Part shown: piece by piece, positions 45,701 to 53,513 of the stretch | How the letters are laid out: each line of letters starts with the position of its first letter | Numbering within the stretch: position 1 is the first letter of the stretch | IMG/VR virus record: IMGVR_UViG_3300036851_000701 | Span: 1 to 56,623 of that record | Length of the DNA: 56,623 bases | Source: a virus | Lineage: Duplodnaviria > Caudoviricetes | Reading direction: 5' to 3' (one strand) | Notes under the pieces: model-generated | What the model was told of the DNA's origin: nothing | Seen by the model: only the letters and a program-made list of their open reading frames with translations | The model's database searches: none | Program-made: the position numbers and the translations under genes

Positions 45701-45981
45701 ACTGTGAGCGCTGCACCCGACCGGCGCGGTTCGTGGCGTACGCCGCCTACGAGCCGCGCCCGACCGACGACCTGCACCCGCTGCTGCGCCGCTACCCGAT
45801 GCCGATGATCCGGGCGTGCACCGACCACCTGGTCGGCTGCCTGCTCGACGACGCCGGCGAGCCGGGCTCGACGTACCAGTGGCTGGTGACGCCGGCGACG
45901 GCGACGAGCCTGATGGCGTGCGAGCACGAGCACGAGTTCGACGGCGTAACCGCGGCGCACGGCCGCCCGAGGCCCTCGTGA
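45697..45981 (+). CDS. Hypothetical protein
   Basis: ggagga RBS; GTGA coupling. Confidence 0.55.
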   Translation: MNCERCTRPARFVAYAAYEPRPTDDLHPLLRRYPMPMIRACTDHLVGCLLDDAGEPGSTYQWLVTPATATSLMACEHEHEFDGVTAAHGRPRPS

Positions 45982-46175
45982 ACTCCAACCCTCGGGAGCC
46001 GCGGTCCCCGGCCGGTCGGAGCTGCGCCGGCCGGGGCGAAGGCCCACTCGGCTGGGTGACCGTCCCTCGCTGGCTGCTGGAGGGCCTGGTCGACTGCCAC
46101 CAGTTCCCCCGCTCGGAGCGTTGCGAATACGTAACCGAGGCCCGCCGGACGCTGGCCGAACCGAGCGAGCCATGA
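45978..46175 (+). CDS. Hypothetical protein
   Basis: Coupled overlaps at both ends. Confidence 0.45.
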   Translation: MNSNPREPRSPAGRSCAGRGEGPLGWVTVPRWLLEGLVDCHQFPRSERCEYVTEARRTLAEPSEP

Positions 46176-46261
46176 GCGCCGACACAGTGGTGTACGGGTG
46201 CTTCGTGGTGACCGTCGTCGCCAGCGCGATCGCGTGCTGGCTGGCCTGGATCAACCGATGA
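46172..46261 (+). CDS. Tiny single-TM peptide (29 aa)
   Basis: MSADTVVYGCFVVTVVASAIACWLAWINR; ATGA overlaps at both ends. Confidence 0.5.
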   Translation: MSADTVVYGCFVVTVVASAIACWLAWINR

Positions 46262-46449
46262 CCGCCGACACGATGTGGAAGCGAGTCGATCGACTCGAAC
46301 CAGGTGACATCCAGTTGTTCGCGGGCCGCAGGCTGCTTATTGACGATGTGATACCACGAGCGAAGGGCCGGAAACGTCTCGTCATCTATGCGAACGGGAA
46401 CCCGAGGGAATGGTCGGCGGCGACAGAAGTGGTGGTGCTTGATGTCTGA
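46258..46449 (+). CDS. Hypothetical protein
   Basis: ATGA coupling; L.PGD motif. Confidence 0.55.
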   Translation: MTADTMWKRVDRLEPGDIQLFAGRRLLIDDVIPRAKGRKRLVIYANGNPREWSAATEVVVLDV

Positions 46450-46651
46450 CCTTGACAAACTCCGAGCCGCTTACGAGGCTGCTCCGTTATCCGTGCGAGC
46501 ACAGGACTACATCGCCGCCCTTGAAACCGAGAACGCCACCCTCCGCCAGGCCGTCCAGGACCTGCTGAGTGCGTATGACGAGTACATGGACACTGACGTG
46601 CTCGACTCTCTGGCTGAGGCTGTTGGGCGATTGCGGGGGTGTCTCTCATGA
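46442..46651 (+). CDS. Coiled-coil hypothetical protein (paralog 1)
   Basis: MSDLDKLRAAY...YIAALE..N..LRQA. Confidence 0.65.
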   Translation: MSDLDKLRAAYEAAPLSVRAQDYIAALETENATLRQAVQDLLSAYDEYMDTDVLDSLAEAVGRLRGCLS

Positions 46652-47049
46652 CCGAACTCGATGCTCTCCGAGCCGCCGTTGCCAACTGCCCGACGAAGAT
46701 CGCCAGCCATCAATATGAGCTAGCGCTTGAGGCGTTGATCACTGGGCTCGAACAAGCCTTGCGGCAAGCCTGGGACGATCAGGAGACTCTCGCAGCCAAT
46801 AACGGTGAGCAGTGGGCCGAACTACAGAAACTGTCAAGAGAGAACACCACCCTCCGCAACATCATCCGGCGCTACCGGGACGGATGGGAACCGGCACGAG
46901 GGAGACCACCACGCACTATCGGCTGGCGTTGGATTCGAAAGAACAAGTCAGGCGAGTGGGAGAAGAAACGCATGACTCCCGAGGAACGAGCCTTCTTCGA
47001 GCAGGAGGCCGAGGAACGAGCCTTCTTCGAGCAGGAGGCCGGGACGTGA
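46648..47049 (+). CDS. Coiled-coil hypothetical protein (paralog 2)
   Basis: MTELDALRAA...Y..ALE....ALRQA. Confidence 0.65.
   Translation: MTELDALRAAVANCPTKIASHQYELALEALITGLEQALRQAWDDQETLAANNGEQWAELQKLSRENTTLRNIIRRYRDGWEPARGRPPRTIGWRWIRKNKSGEWEKKRMTPEERAFFEQEAEERAFFEQEAGT
46981..47040 (+). repeat. Exact 30-bp tandem duplication (EERAFFEQEA x2)
   Basis: gaggaacgagccttcttcgagcaggaggcc occurs twice. Confidence 0.95.
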
Positions 47050-47669
47050 GACGCTGTGAACAGTGCGGGCAGTACCCCGATGTGTGTGCCCGCTACGGGC
47101 ATCGGACAGTGAACCCGTCGCTGGACGAACTGCAAGCCGAGTTGGAATCGCTGGCCGATATCCCGTGGTCGCGGCAGCACACGAACGCAGCGATGGCCTA
47201 CATCGAGGCTCTCCGCCAAGCCCTGGAGGAAGCCAACGCCAAAGCCGAGCGGCACGGCCGCGACTACAACGCCCTCCGCAACGTGATCGAGACTGTCGGC
47301 GAGGAGCGGGACGCCGCTCAGGCTGAGGTCACCCGCCTGGAGAAACTCGCTGAGGATCGCTTAGCGAACTGCGATTCGTGGATCGACAAAGACGCCGAGC
47401 ACGTACGTGAGATAGTCGAACTTCGTTCCCTGCTCACCGAGATAGCGGCCCACCCGGCGCGACTCCACGGCAAGACCAAGACCTACACCGTGTGTCTAGG
47501 AGCGGGCCTGTGGGACCACATCCGCGAGCACGCCGCCGATGCCTCAGTACTGGTACCTGCTGACGTGCCGCGAATGCGGCGACGACCTATCCTACCGTTC
47601 ACCAGCGCCGCCGAGCGCGGCCGCTGGGCCGCAGCCCAACCCGAGGTACCGGCCACGAGCGATGGCTAG
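47046..47669 (+). CDS. Coiled-coil hypothetical protein (paralog 3)
   Basis: LDELQA...YIEALRQAL. Confidence 0.6.
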   Translation: MRRCEQCGQYPDVCARYGHRTVNPSLDELQAELESLADIPWSRQHTNAAMAYIEALRQALEEANAKAERHGRDYNALRNVIETVGEERDAAQAEVTRLEKLAEDRLANCDSWIDKDAEHVREIVELRSLLTEIAAHPARLHGKTKTYTVCLGAGLWDHIREHAADASVLVPADVPRMRRRPILPFTSAAERGRWAAAQPEVPATSDG

Positions 47670-47718
47670 TCGAAGACGAACCCCGCCAGCACGCCGACCA
47701 ACCGACACATGAACAGCC

Positions 47719-48348
47719 ATGACCGAGCCGACACTTGACCCGTGGCAATCGATCGACGGCCGCTGCAACGCCCACAAAACCGACGGCACCGGCCTCTGCC
47801 GCAACAAGGCCGGCAAAGGCACCAACCACCGCGGTGCCGGCCAGTGCTTCAAGCACGGCGGCAGGACACCTAACGGCGTGAAGCACGGCGAACGGCTGCT
47901 CGCCGAACGCGCCGTCGAACGGCTCGACCTCACCGTCGTACGCCCCCGCGACGCCGCCGACGTCCTCCTCGAAGAGGTCGCACGCTCGGCGGCGATCGTC
48001 GACTTCATCACCGAACGCATCCGCGACCTCGACCCCCAAGCCCTCGTCCAGGGCGTCCGCGAGATCCGGGAGACGACCAGGCAGGGGCAGCCGCCGGAGC
48101 GGGTGACGGTGGTGGCGAACGTCCCCAACGTGTGGTTGAACTACTACCTGGCCGAACGCAAGCACCTGGTGTTCGTGTGCAAGGAGACTGTGTCGGCGGG
48201 GGTGCAGCTGCGCCAGGTGGAGCTGGCCGAGCAGCAGGGCCGCATCGTGGTCAGGCTGATCGACGCCGTGCTCGGCGAGCTGGGCGTCGACGTGTCGGAC
48301 GGGGCGGTGGCGGCGACGGTGGCCCGTCACCTGCGGCTCGTCGGCTAG
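47719..48348 (+). CDS. terS: Terminase small subunit
   Basis: C.A......C...AG.GT.H.G.G.C..HGG.TP, L.EE and W...Y..ER..L......AGV motifs; upstream of terL. Confidence 0.75.
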   Translation: MTEPTLDPWQSIDGRCNAHKTDGTGLCRNKAGKGTNHRGAGQCFKHGGRTPNGVKHGERLLAERAVERLDLTVVRPRDAADVLLEEVARSAAIVDFITERIRDLDPQALVQGVREIRETTRQGQPPERVTVVANVPNVWLNYYLAERKHLVFVCKETVSAGVQLRQVELAEQQGRIVVRLIDAVLGELGVDVSDGAVAATVARHLRLVG

Positions 48349-48379
48349 TCTGGCTGTCGGTTGCTATCTGGCGATCGCA

Positions 48380-48420
48380 CGCCGCCCCGGCCTTGGTCCC
48401 AGCCGAACGCCGGGGCGGCG
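48380..48420 (+). terminator. 12-bp stem-loop after terS
   Basis: CGCCGCCCCGGC...GCCGGGGCGGCG. Confidence 0.5.
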
Positions 48421-48422
48421 AC

Positions 48423-48453
48423 GCGTAATACGACGGTCGACATGTATTACGCT
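48423..48453. promoter_or_regulatory. Inverted-repeat operator overlapping the promoter of the RHH gene
   Basis: GCGTAATAC-12 nt-GTATTACGC; TACGCT lies 7 nt before the GTG. Confidence 0.7.
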
Positions 48454-48460
48454 GGGCCTG

Positions 48461-48766
48461 GTGACGAAGCGCGTGATCTCCCTGCGGGTCGACGATGAGC
48501 TGCTCGCCGCGTTCACGGCCTCGGCCGAGGCGCGGAGCATGACCCGCACGGCGGCGATCGAGAAGCTGATGCGCCGCCAGGTCGAGGTCGACGCCCGCAC
48601 GAGGGAGTACCCGATCGACTACGGCGCGGCGGTAGAGCGACCGGACCCGACGCGGGTGCTCGACGAGCGAGAGGCCGGGAAGACGCAGCCGCCGTGCCGC
48701 CATCCGGTGAACATGCGGATCGGTGACGGCTGCGGGCTGTGCGGCGCGACGATGAGCAAGCGGTGA
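48461..48766 (+). CDS. Ribbon-helix-helix protein with a C-terminal Zn-binding motif
   Basis: ISLRVDDELL......A.....TRT..I..L, then C.HP......C..CG. Confidence 0.75.
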   Translation: MTKRVISLRVDDELLAAFTASAEARSMTRTAAIEKLMRRQVEVDARTREYPIDYGAAVERPDPTRVLDEREAGKTQPPCRHPVNMRIGDGCGLCGATMSKR

Positions 48767-49008
48767 GCACGAAAGCCCGTGACGTGATGTGGGGCCGGCA
48801 GGGCGGCCGGTGGGCTCCGCCGCCGTCGGGGCCTGCGCTGGAGGCGATACACCGGGTGCGGCTCGCCGCACTGGCCGCTGGTATGTGGCCGACCGAGTCG
48901 GTCGAACGCTGGCGGGCGATCGCACGCGACGCCGAAGGGGTCGCCGACGGGGATCTGACGGTGACGCAGCGTCGGGCGCGCGAGGTCGTCGAGATAGCCG
49001 GGCCGTGA
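48763..49008 (+). CDS. Hypothetical protein
   Basis: GTGA coupling at both ends. Confidence 0.55.
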   Translation: MSTKARDVMWGRQGGRWAPPPSGPALEAIHRVRLAALAAGMWPTESVERWRAIARDAEGVADGDLTVTQRRAREVVEIAGP

Positions 49009-50513
49009 GGTCGCTGTGGGCGTCGGCGGCTGATCACTACGACCCGCCGGCGCACGACTACCGGTCGGACCCGACGGCGTGGGCGGTCGAGCGGCTGCAC
49101 GTCGAGCCGTGGTCGGGGCAGCGCCGGATCCTGGAGTCGGTGCGCGACCGGCGGTTCACGGCGGTGCACTCGTGCGTGAACATCGGCAAGGACTTCGCGG
49201 CCGCTTTGGCGATCGCCTGGTGGATCGACGTGCACCGGCCGGGCGACGCGCTGGCGGTGACGTCGGCGCCGACCGGGCATCAGGTGCGGGCGATCCTGTG
49301 GAAGTACCTGAACCGGTTCCACCGGCAGGGGCGGCTGGCGGGGCGGATGAACCAGACGGAGTGGCATCTGGGCGGCGAGATGGTGGCGTTCGGCCGCAAG
49401 CCGTCGGAGTACAACGTCGAGGCGCTGGAGGGGCACCACGCCCGGTTCGTGCTCGTCGTGCTGGACGAGGCGTCCGGGCTGCCGCCGTCGATCTGGTCGT
49501 CGGCCGAGTCGCTGACGTCGAACGTCGACTCGAAGGCGCTGGCGATCGGCAACCCGGTGCGCAGCGACGGCGAGTTCGTGCGGGTGTGCGCGCCGGGCTC
49601 GGGCTGGAACGTGATCCACATCGGCGCCGACGAGACGCCGAACTTCACGGGCGAGCCGGTGGCGGCGGAGCTGGCGGCGGAGCTGATCTCGCCGGGGTTC
49701 GTCGAGCGTGCCCGGCACCGGTGGGGGCCGGACTCGGCGCTGTACGCGGCGAAGGTGCTCGGCCGCTTCCCGGTTGACAGCGAAGACGGCGTCGTCCGGG
49801 CGTCGCGGCTCGCCGCCTGCATGGCGCCGTCGGAGGCGCCGCCGGCGGACGACCCGTCGGACGTGCAGCTCGGCGTCGACGTCGGGGCGTCGGCGGACGG
49901 CGACCAGACGGTGATCCGCGAGCGGCGCGGCAACCGGGCAGGTCGGGTGTGGCGGATGCGTACCGCCGACGCGATGGCGATCGTCGGCCGCATCGTGAAC
50001 TGCCTGCGGCTGTCCGGGGCGCAGCGCTGCTGCGTGGACGTGATCGGCGTCGGCTTCGGGATCGCCGGACGGCTGCGCGAGGTCGTCGCCGAGGCGAGGA
50101 GTACGACGCTGGAGGCGGACGAGCCGCTCGAACCGTGGCACGACTGCGACGTCGTCGGCGTCAACGTCGGCCAGGCCGCCCGCGACCCAAAGCGGTTCGT
50201 GCGGCTGCGCTCCGAGATCTGGTGGGAGATCGGCCACGACCTGACCGAGGAGGGCGGCTGGGACCTGTCGCCGTGGACGGTCGACGGCGTCGACGCCGGC
50301 GTCGACGACGACACGGCGGCCGACCTGCTGGCGCCCCGCTACACACACGACTCGTCGGGTCGGGTGATCGTCGAGTCCAAGGACGACGTCAAGGCGAGGC
50401 TGGGGCGCTCGCCGGACGACGCCGACGCCCTGCTGCTGGCGTTCTACCGCCCGGTGGCGGCCGCCGAGCCGATCGACACGTCGCTGTACACGGAGGGGCC
50501 TCGCATCGGCTGA
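49005..50513 (+). CDS. terL: Terminase large subunit
   Basis: PW..Q, deviant Walker A (SCVNIGKD), DEASG, IGNP, LGVDVG...D.T, DVIGVG.G and ESKD..K.RLGRSPD.ADA motifs. Confidence 0.93.
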   Translation: MRSLWASAADHYDPPAHDYRSDPTAWAVERLHVEPWSGQRRILESVRDRRFTAVHSCVNIGKDFAAALAIAWWIDVHRPGDALAVTSAPTGHQVRAILWKYLNRFHRQGRLAGRMNQTEWHLGGEMVAFGRKPSEYNVEALEGHHARFVLVVLDEASGLPPSIWSSAESLTSNVDSKALAIGNPVRSDGEFVRVCAPGSGWNVIHIGADETPNFTGEPVAAELAAELISPGFVERARHRWGPDSALYAAKVLGRFPVDSEDGVVRASRLAACMAPSEAPPADDPSDVQLGVDVGASADGDQTVIRERRGNRAGRVWRMRTADAMAIVGRIVNCLRLSGAQRCCVDVIGVGFGIAGRLREVVAEARSTTLEADEPLEPWHDCDVVGVNVGQAARDPKRFVRLRSEIWWEIGHDLTEEGGWDLSPWTVDGVDAGVDDDTAADLLAPRYTHDSSGRVIVESKDDVKARLGRSPDDADALLLAFYRPVAAAEPIDTSLYTEGPRIG

Positions 50514-50580
50514 GGCGGCAGTGCGCCTGCCTCACGGGCATCCGCGGCCGACGCCGGAGCGGGGCGTACGCTCGTCGGCG

Positions 50581-50691
50581 ATGGTGCTGTGGCTGCTGCT
50601 CGGCTGGCTGGCGACGTCGTGCGTCGTCGCCCCGCTCGTCGGGCTCATGTTCGCCGACCGCTGCGGCTCCGAACGCCGAGCCGAGCAGTAG
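50581..50691 (+). CDS. Tiny membrane peptide (36 aa)
   Basis: MVLWLLLGWLATSCVVAPLVGLMF... Confidence 0.5.
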   Translation: MVLWLLLGWLATSCVVAPLVGLMFADRCGSERRAEQ

Positions 50692-50700
50692 AAGGGACCT

Positions 50701-51000
50701 GTGGAGACCGTTGAATACACCGGCAACACCGTCGCGCGGGAGGCACGCGACGAGGGACAGATCGGCCTGGCGCTGATGCGCGTCGAGGAGGCCGCCCACC
50801 AGGTCGACGAACTCGTGCACAAGCTGGCCGATCGGATCGAACGGGTACTTGTCCCCGAGGACAGTCTGATGAACGCGATACCGAGCGACGGGATGACGCG
50901 GCCGTCGAGCAGCATCGCGGTGGCGCTGGAGGCCGACGGCGACCACCTCATGCGGGTCGCCGCGTTCGTCGAGAGCCTCATCGCCCGCGTCGACCTGTAA
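50701..51000 (+). CDS. Hypothetical helical protein
   Basis: aaggga RBS; L..R.E.VL pattern. Confidence 0.65.
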   Translation: METVEYTGNTVAREARDEGQIGLALMRVEEAAHQVDELVHKLADRIERVLVPEDSLMNAIPSDGMTRPSSSIAVALEADGDHLMRVAAFVESLIARVDL

Positions 51001-51033
51001 GAAGCTGTGGTCCACTGACGGCCGACCCGGCGG

Positions 51034-51363
51034 GTGTACCGTTCCGGCGTGTGGCTCGTCGTCGTGCTCGTGTGGCTGGCCGTGTTCCGGGCGTCCCGGC
51101 TGCTGACGGTCGACAGGTTCCCGCCGCTGGTGGCCGCGAAGAAGTGGCTGCTGCGACGGCAGCCGTCGGAGTGGCTCGTGTACATGTTCGGCACCGGCGA
51201 GGAGGACGAGCCGGGCTGCCCGTGGTGCGTGTCGCTGTGGCTGGCGGCGCCGATCGTGTGGGCGGCCGACGCCTGGACGGCCGGCGGCCTGGCGGCACCG
51301 GTGCTGGTGTGGGCCTCCGCGTCGGCGGCTGCCGGCTACCTGTCGAACCTGGAGCCCGGTTGA
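51034..51363 (+). CDS. DUF1360-like membrane protein
   Basis: R..RLLT.D and CPWC.S.W motifs; lies shortly before the portal gene. Confidence 0.7.
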   Translation: MYRSGVWLVVVLVWLAVFRASRLLTVDRFPPLVAAKKWLLRRQPSEWLVYMFGTGEEDEPGCPWCVSLWLAAPIVWAADAWTAGGLAAPVLVWASASAAAGYLSNLEPG

Positions 51364-51551
51364 CGGTCGTCGCCTGCCCGCTTTCGGTGCTCGTCGACGG
51401 CCGGGTGCGGCACGGCACGGTGACGGTCGAGTTCGAGCCGGACGAGTGGATGGGCGGCTGGTACGACCCGCCGGACGGCACGGTCGTGTGGGTGCAGCCC
51501 GTGCAGCTGGTGAACCTGGAGCTGGCAAGACGGGGGCACGGCGATGGCTGA
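51360..51551 (+). CDS. Hypothetical protein
   Basis: TTGA coupling; GW...P.G..V. Confidence 0.45.
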   Translation: MTVVACPLSVLVDGRVRHGTVTVEFEPDEWMGGWYDPPDGTVVWVQPVQLVNLELARRGHGDG

Positions 51552-53289
51552 CCGCCGGCGGCCGCGCCTGCAGCTGGAGGCGTTTACCGCGGCCGACGAG
51601 CTGCTGAACGGCCGGGCGACGACGAAGGCGCCGCAGAAGCTGCCGTGGCAGACCGAGGCGTGGGAGCTGTACGACCTGGAAGGGGCGGCGTACGAGGCGG
51701 CGAAGTGGACGGCGAACGCCCTGTCGCGGGTCCGGCTGTTCGCCGCCGACCCGCCGGAGGGTCCAGGCGACGAGCCGCAGCCGCTGGACGCCGGCCAGGC
51801 CGTCGACGAGGTCGAACGGCTCGGCGGCGGCATCGAGGGCCGCTCGCAGATCCTCGCCGACGTCGGCACCATGCTCACGGTGCCCGGCATCGGCTACGTC
51901 GCCGGCTGGACCGACGAGGCGAGCGGCGAGGAGCGCTGGGAGGTATTCTCGCCGGACGACGTCGAGTCGTCGCAGTCCGGCCGGGTCTGGAAGGTCGCCG
52001 GCGACGACGAGGGCGAGTGGATAACGCTGCCGGACGAGCACGTGATCTTCGACGTGATCCGGCGGCACAAGCGGAAGCGGTCGCAGCCCGACTCGCCGGT
52101 GCGGCACGCGCTGCGCGACCTGTGGGAGGCGCAGCGGGCGACCGACCACATCGACGCGTCGCTGACGTCGCGGCTGTCGTCGGCCGGGCTGCTCATGTAC
52201 CCGCAGGAGGTGCGGTTCCCGCAGAAGCCGGGCGAGCCGCCGGCCCGCGACCAGTTCGCGGCCGACCTGATCCGCGTCGCCGAGGCCGCGATCCGTGACC
52301 GCCGCTCGCCGGCGGCTCGGGTGCCGCTCGTCGTGCCGTTCCCCGGCGACTGGATCGAGAAGGTGCGGCTGCTCATGTTCGACTCGCCGCTCGACGCCGC
52401 CGTGGTCGAGCTGCGCGACAAGGCGGTCCAGCGCGCCGCGGTGGCGATGGACATGCCGGCCGAGATCCTGTTGGGCATGGGCGACGTGAACCACTGGGGG
52501 CAGTGGTTCATCAAGGAGGAGGCGCTGCAGGGCTACGTGATCCCGCTCGTCGAGATGGTCGTCGGTCAGCTGACGGTCAAGTACCTGCGGCCCGCGCTGC
52601 CGGACGGCGACCGGTCGATCATCTGGTACGACGTGTCGGAGGTCGCCACCAAGCCGGACAAGTCGACCGACGCGATCGCGCTCGCCGATCGCCTGTACCT
52701 GACGAAGGAGGCCGCCGTCCGCGAGGCCGGCCTCGACGAGGGGGACATCCCGGAGGGCGCCGACCTGGTCGACCAGATCCTGCGCAAGGCCGCCCTGGAT
52801 CCGATGCTGGCGCCGCTGGCATGGCCGCTGCTGGGGGTAGGTCGCCAGTTGCCGCCGGTCGACGAGCAGCGACAGGGCGAGCCGCCGCAGCCGGCCGAAC
52901 CGGCGCCGCGGGACGAGCCGCCGGAGGAGGGCGGCGAGCCGGAGCCGGTGCCGGCCGCGCTCGTGGCGGGGGCGTACCCGATCGTGAACCGGGCGCTGGA
53001 GGTGGCCGGCAACCGGGTGCGGTCGGAGCTGCGGCGCCGCAACAAGGGCCAGCTGGCGGTGGACGTCGACTGCGACCCGAACCTGATGCACACGTGCGTG
53101 TCGGTGTACGACTGCGGCGTCCCGCTGCCGGAGCTGACCCGGGGGGCGTGGCGGTCGGTGCCGGAGGTCGCCCAACGGGTGGGGATGGACGCGGCGATGC
53201 TGACGGCCCGGCTCGACGAGCTGACCCAGGGGCTGCTCCGCGCCGGCGAGGCGCTGACGTGGGAGGCGCTGGAGGCGGCGCTCGCGTGA
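51544..53289 (+). CDS. Portal protein
   Basis: WQ.EAW..YD, A..LSR.RL, DSPVR, SRL..AG.L..P.E and D.P.E.LLG....NHW..W motifs of cluster-B-like portals. Confidence 0.9.
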   Translation: MADRRRPRLQLEAFTAADELLNGRATTKAPQKLPWQTEAWELYDLEGAAYEAAKWTANALSRVRLFAADPPEGPGDEPQPLDAGQAVDEVERLGGGIEGRSQILADVGTMLTVPGIGYVAGWTDEASGEERWEVFSPDDVESSQSGRVWKVAGDDEGEWITLPDEHVIFDVIRRHKRKRSQPDSPVRHALRDLWEAQRATDHIDASLTSRLSSAGLLMYPQEVRFPQKPGEPPARDQFAADLIRVAEAAIRDRRSPAARVPLVVPFPGDWIEKVRLLMFDSPLDAAVVELRDKAVQRAAVAMDMPAEILLGMGDVNHWGQWFIKEEALQGYVIPLVEMVVGQLTVKYLRPALPDGDRSIIWYDVSEVATKPDKSTDAIALADRLYLTKEAAVREAGLDEGDIPEGADLVDQILRKAALDPMLAPLAWPLLGVGRQLPPVDEQRQGEPPQPAEPAPRDEPPEEGGEPEPVPAALVAGAYPIVNRALEVAGNRVRSELRRRNKGQLAVDVDCDPNLMHTCVSVYDCGVPLPELTRGAWRSVPEVAQRVGMDAAMLTARLDELTQGLLRAGEALTWEALEAALA

Positions 53290-53513
53290 CGCCGCACCGC
53301 CGGTTCGTGCTCGTGCGCGACGAGGACGTGACCGGCGTGTCCGGAACCGGGGTGGTCGCGCAGGGCGTGTGGTTCACAGGCGACGTCGTCGTCCTGCGCT
53401 GGCTGTCGGCGTGGCCGACGAGCGTCGTGTTCCACGACCGCGGCATGGAGTCGATCGCCGCGGTGCACGGCCACAACGGCAAGACCCGCGTCGAATGGCT
53501 CGACGATGCCTGA
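53286..53513 (+). CDS. Conserved small phage protein
   Basis: F.L.R..DV.GVSG.G.VA.G....HGH.G.T pattern. Confidence 0.75.
   Translation: MTPHRRFVLVRDEDVTGVSGTGVVAQGVWFTGDVVVLRWLSAWPTSVVFHDRGMESIAAVHGHNGKTRVEWLDDA

Noticed and set aside
48361-48376. TTGCTATCTGGCGATC as a fifth GCTA-N6-TAGC operator
   Set aside because: Only the left half-site is present, and no -10 lies at the 19-nt position.
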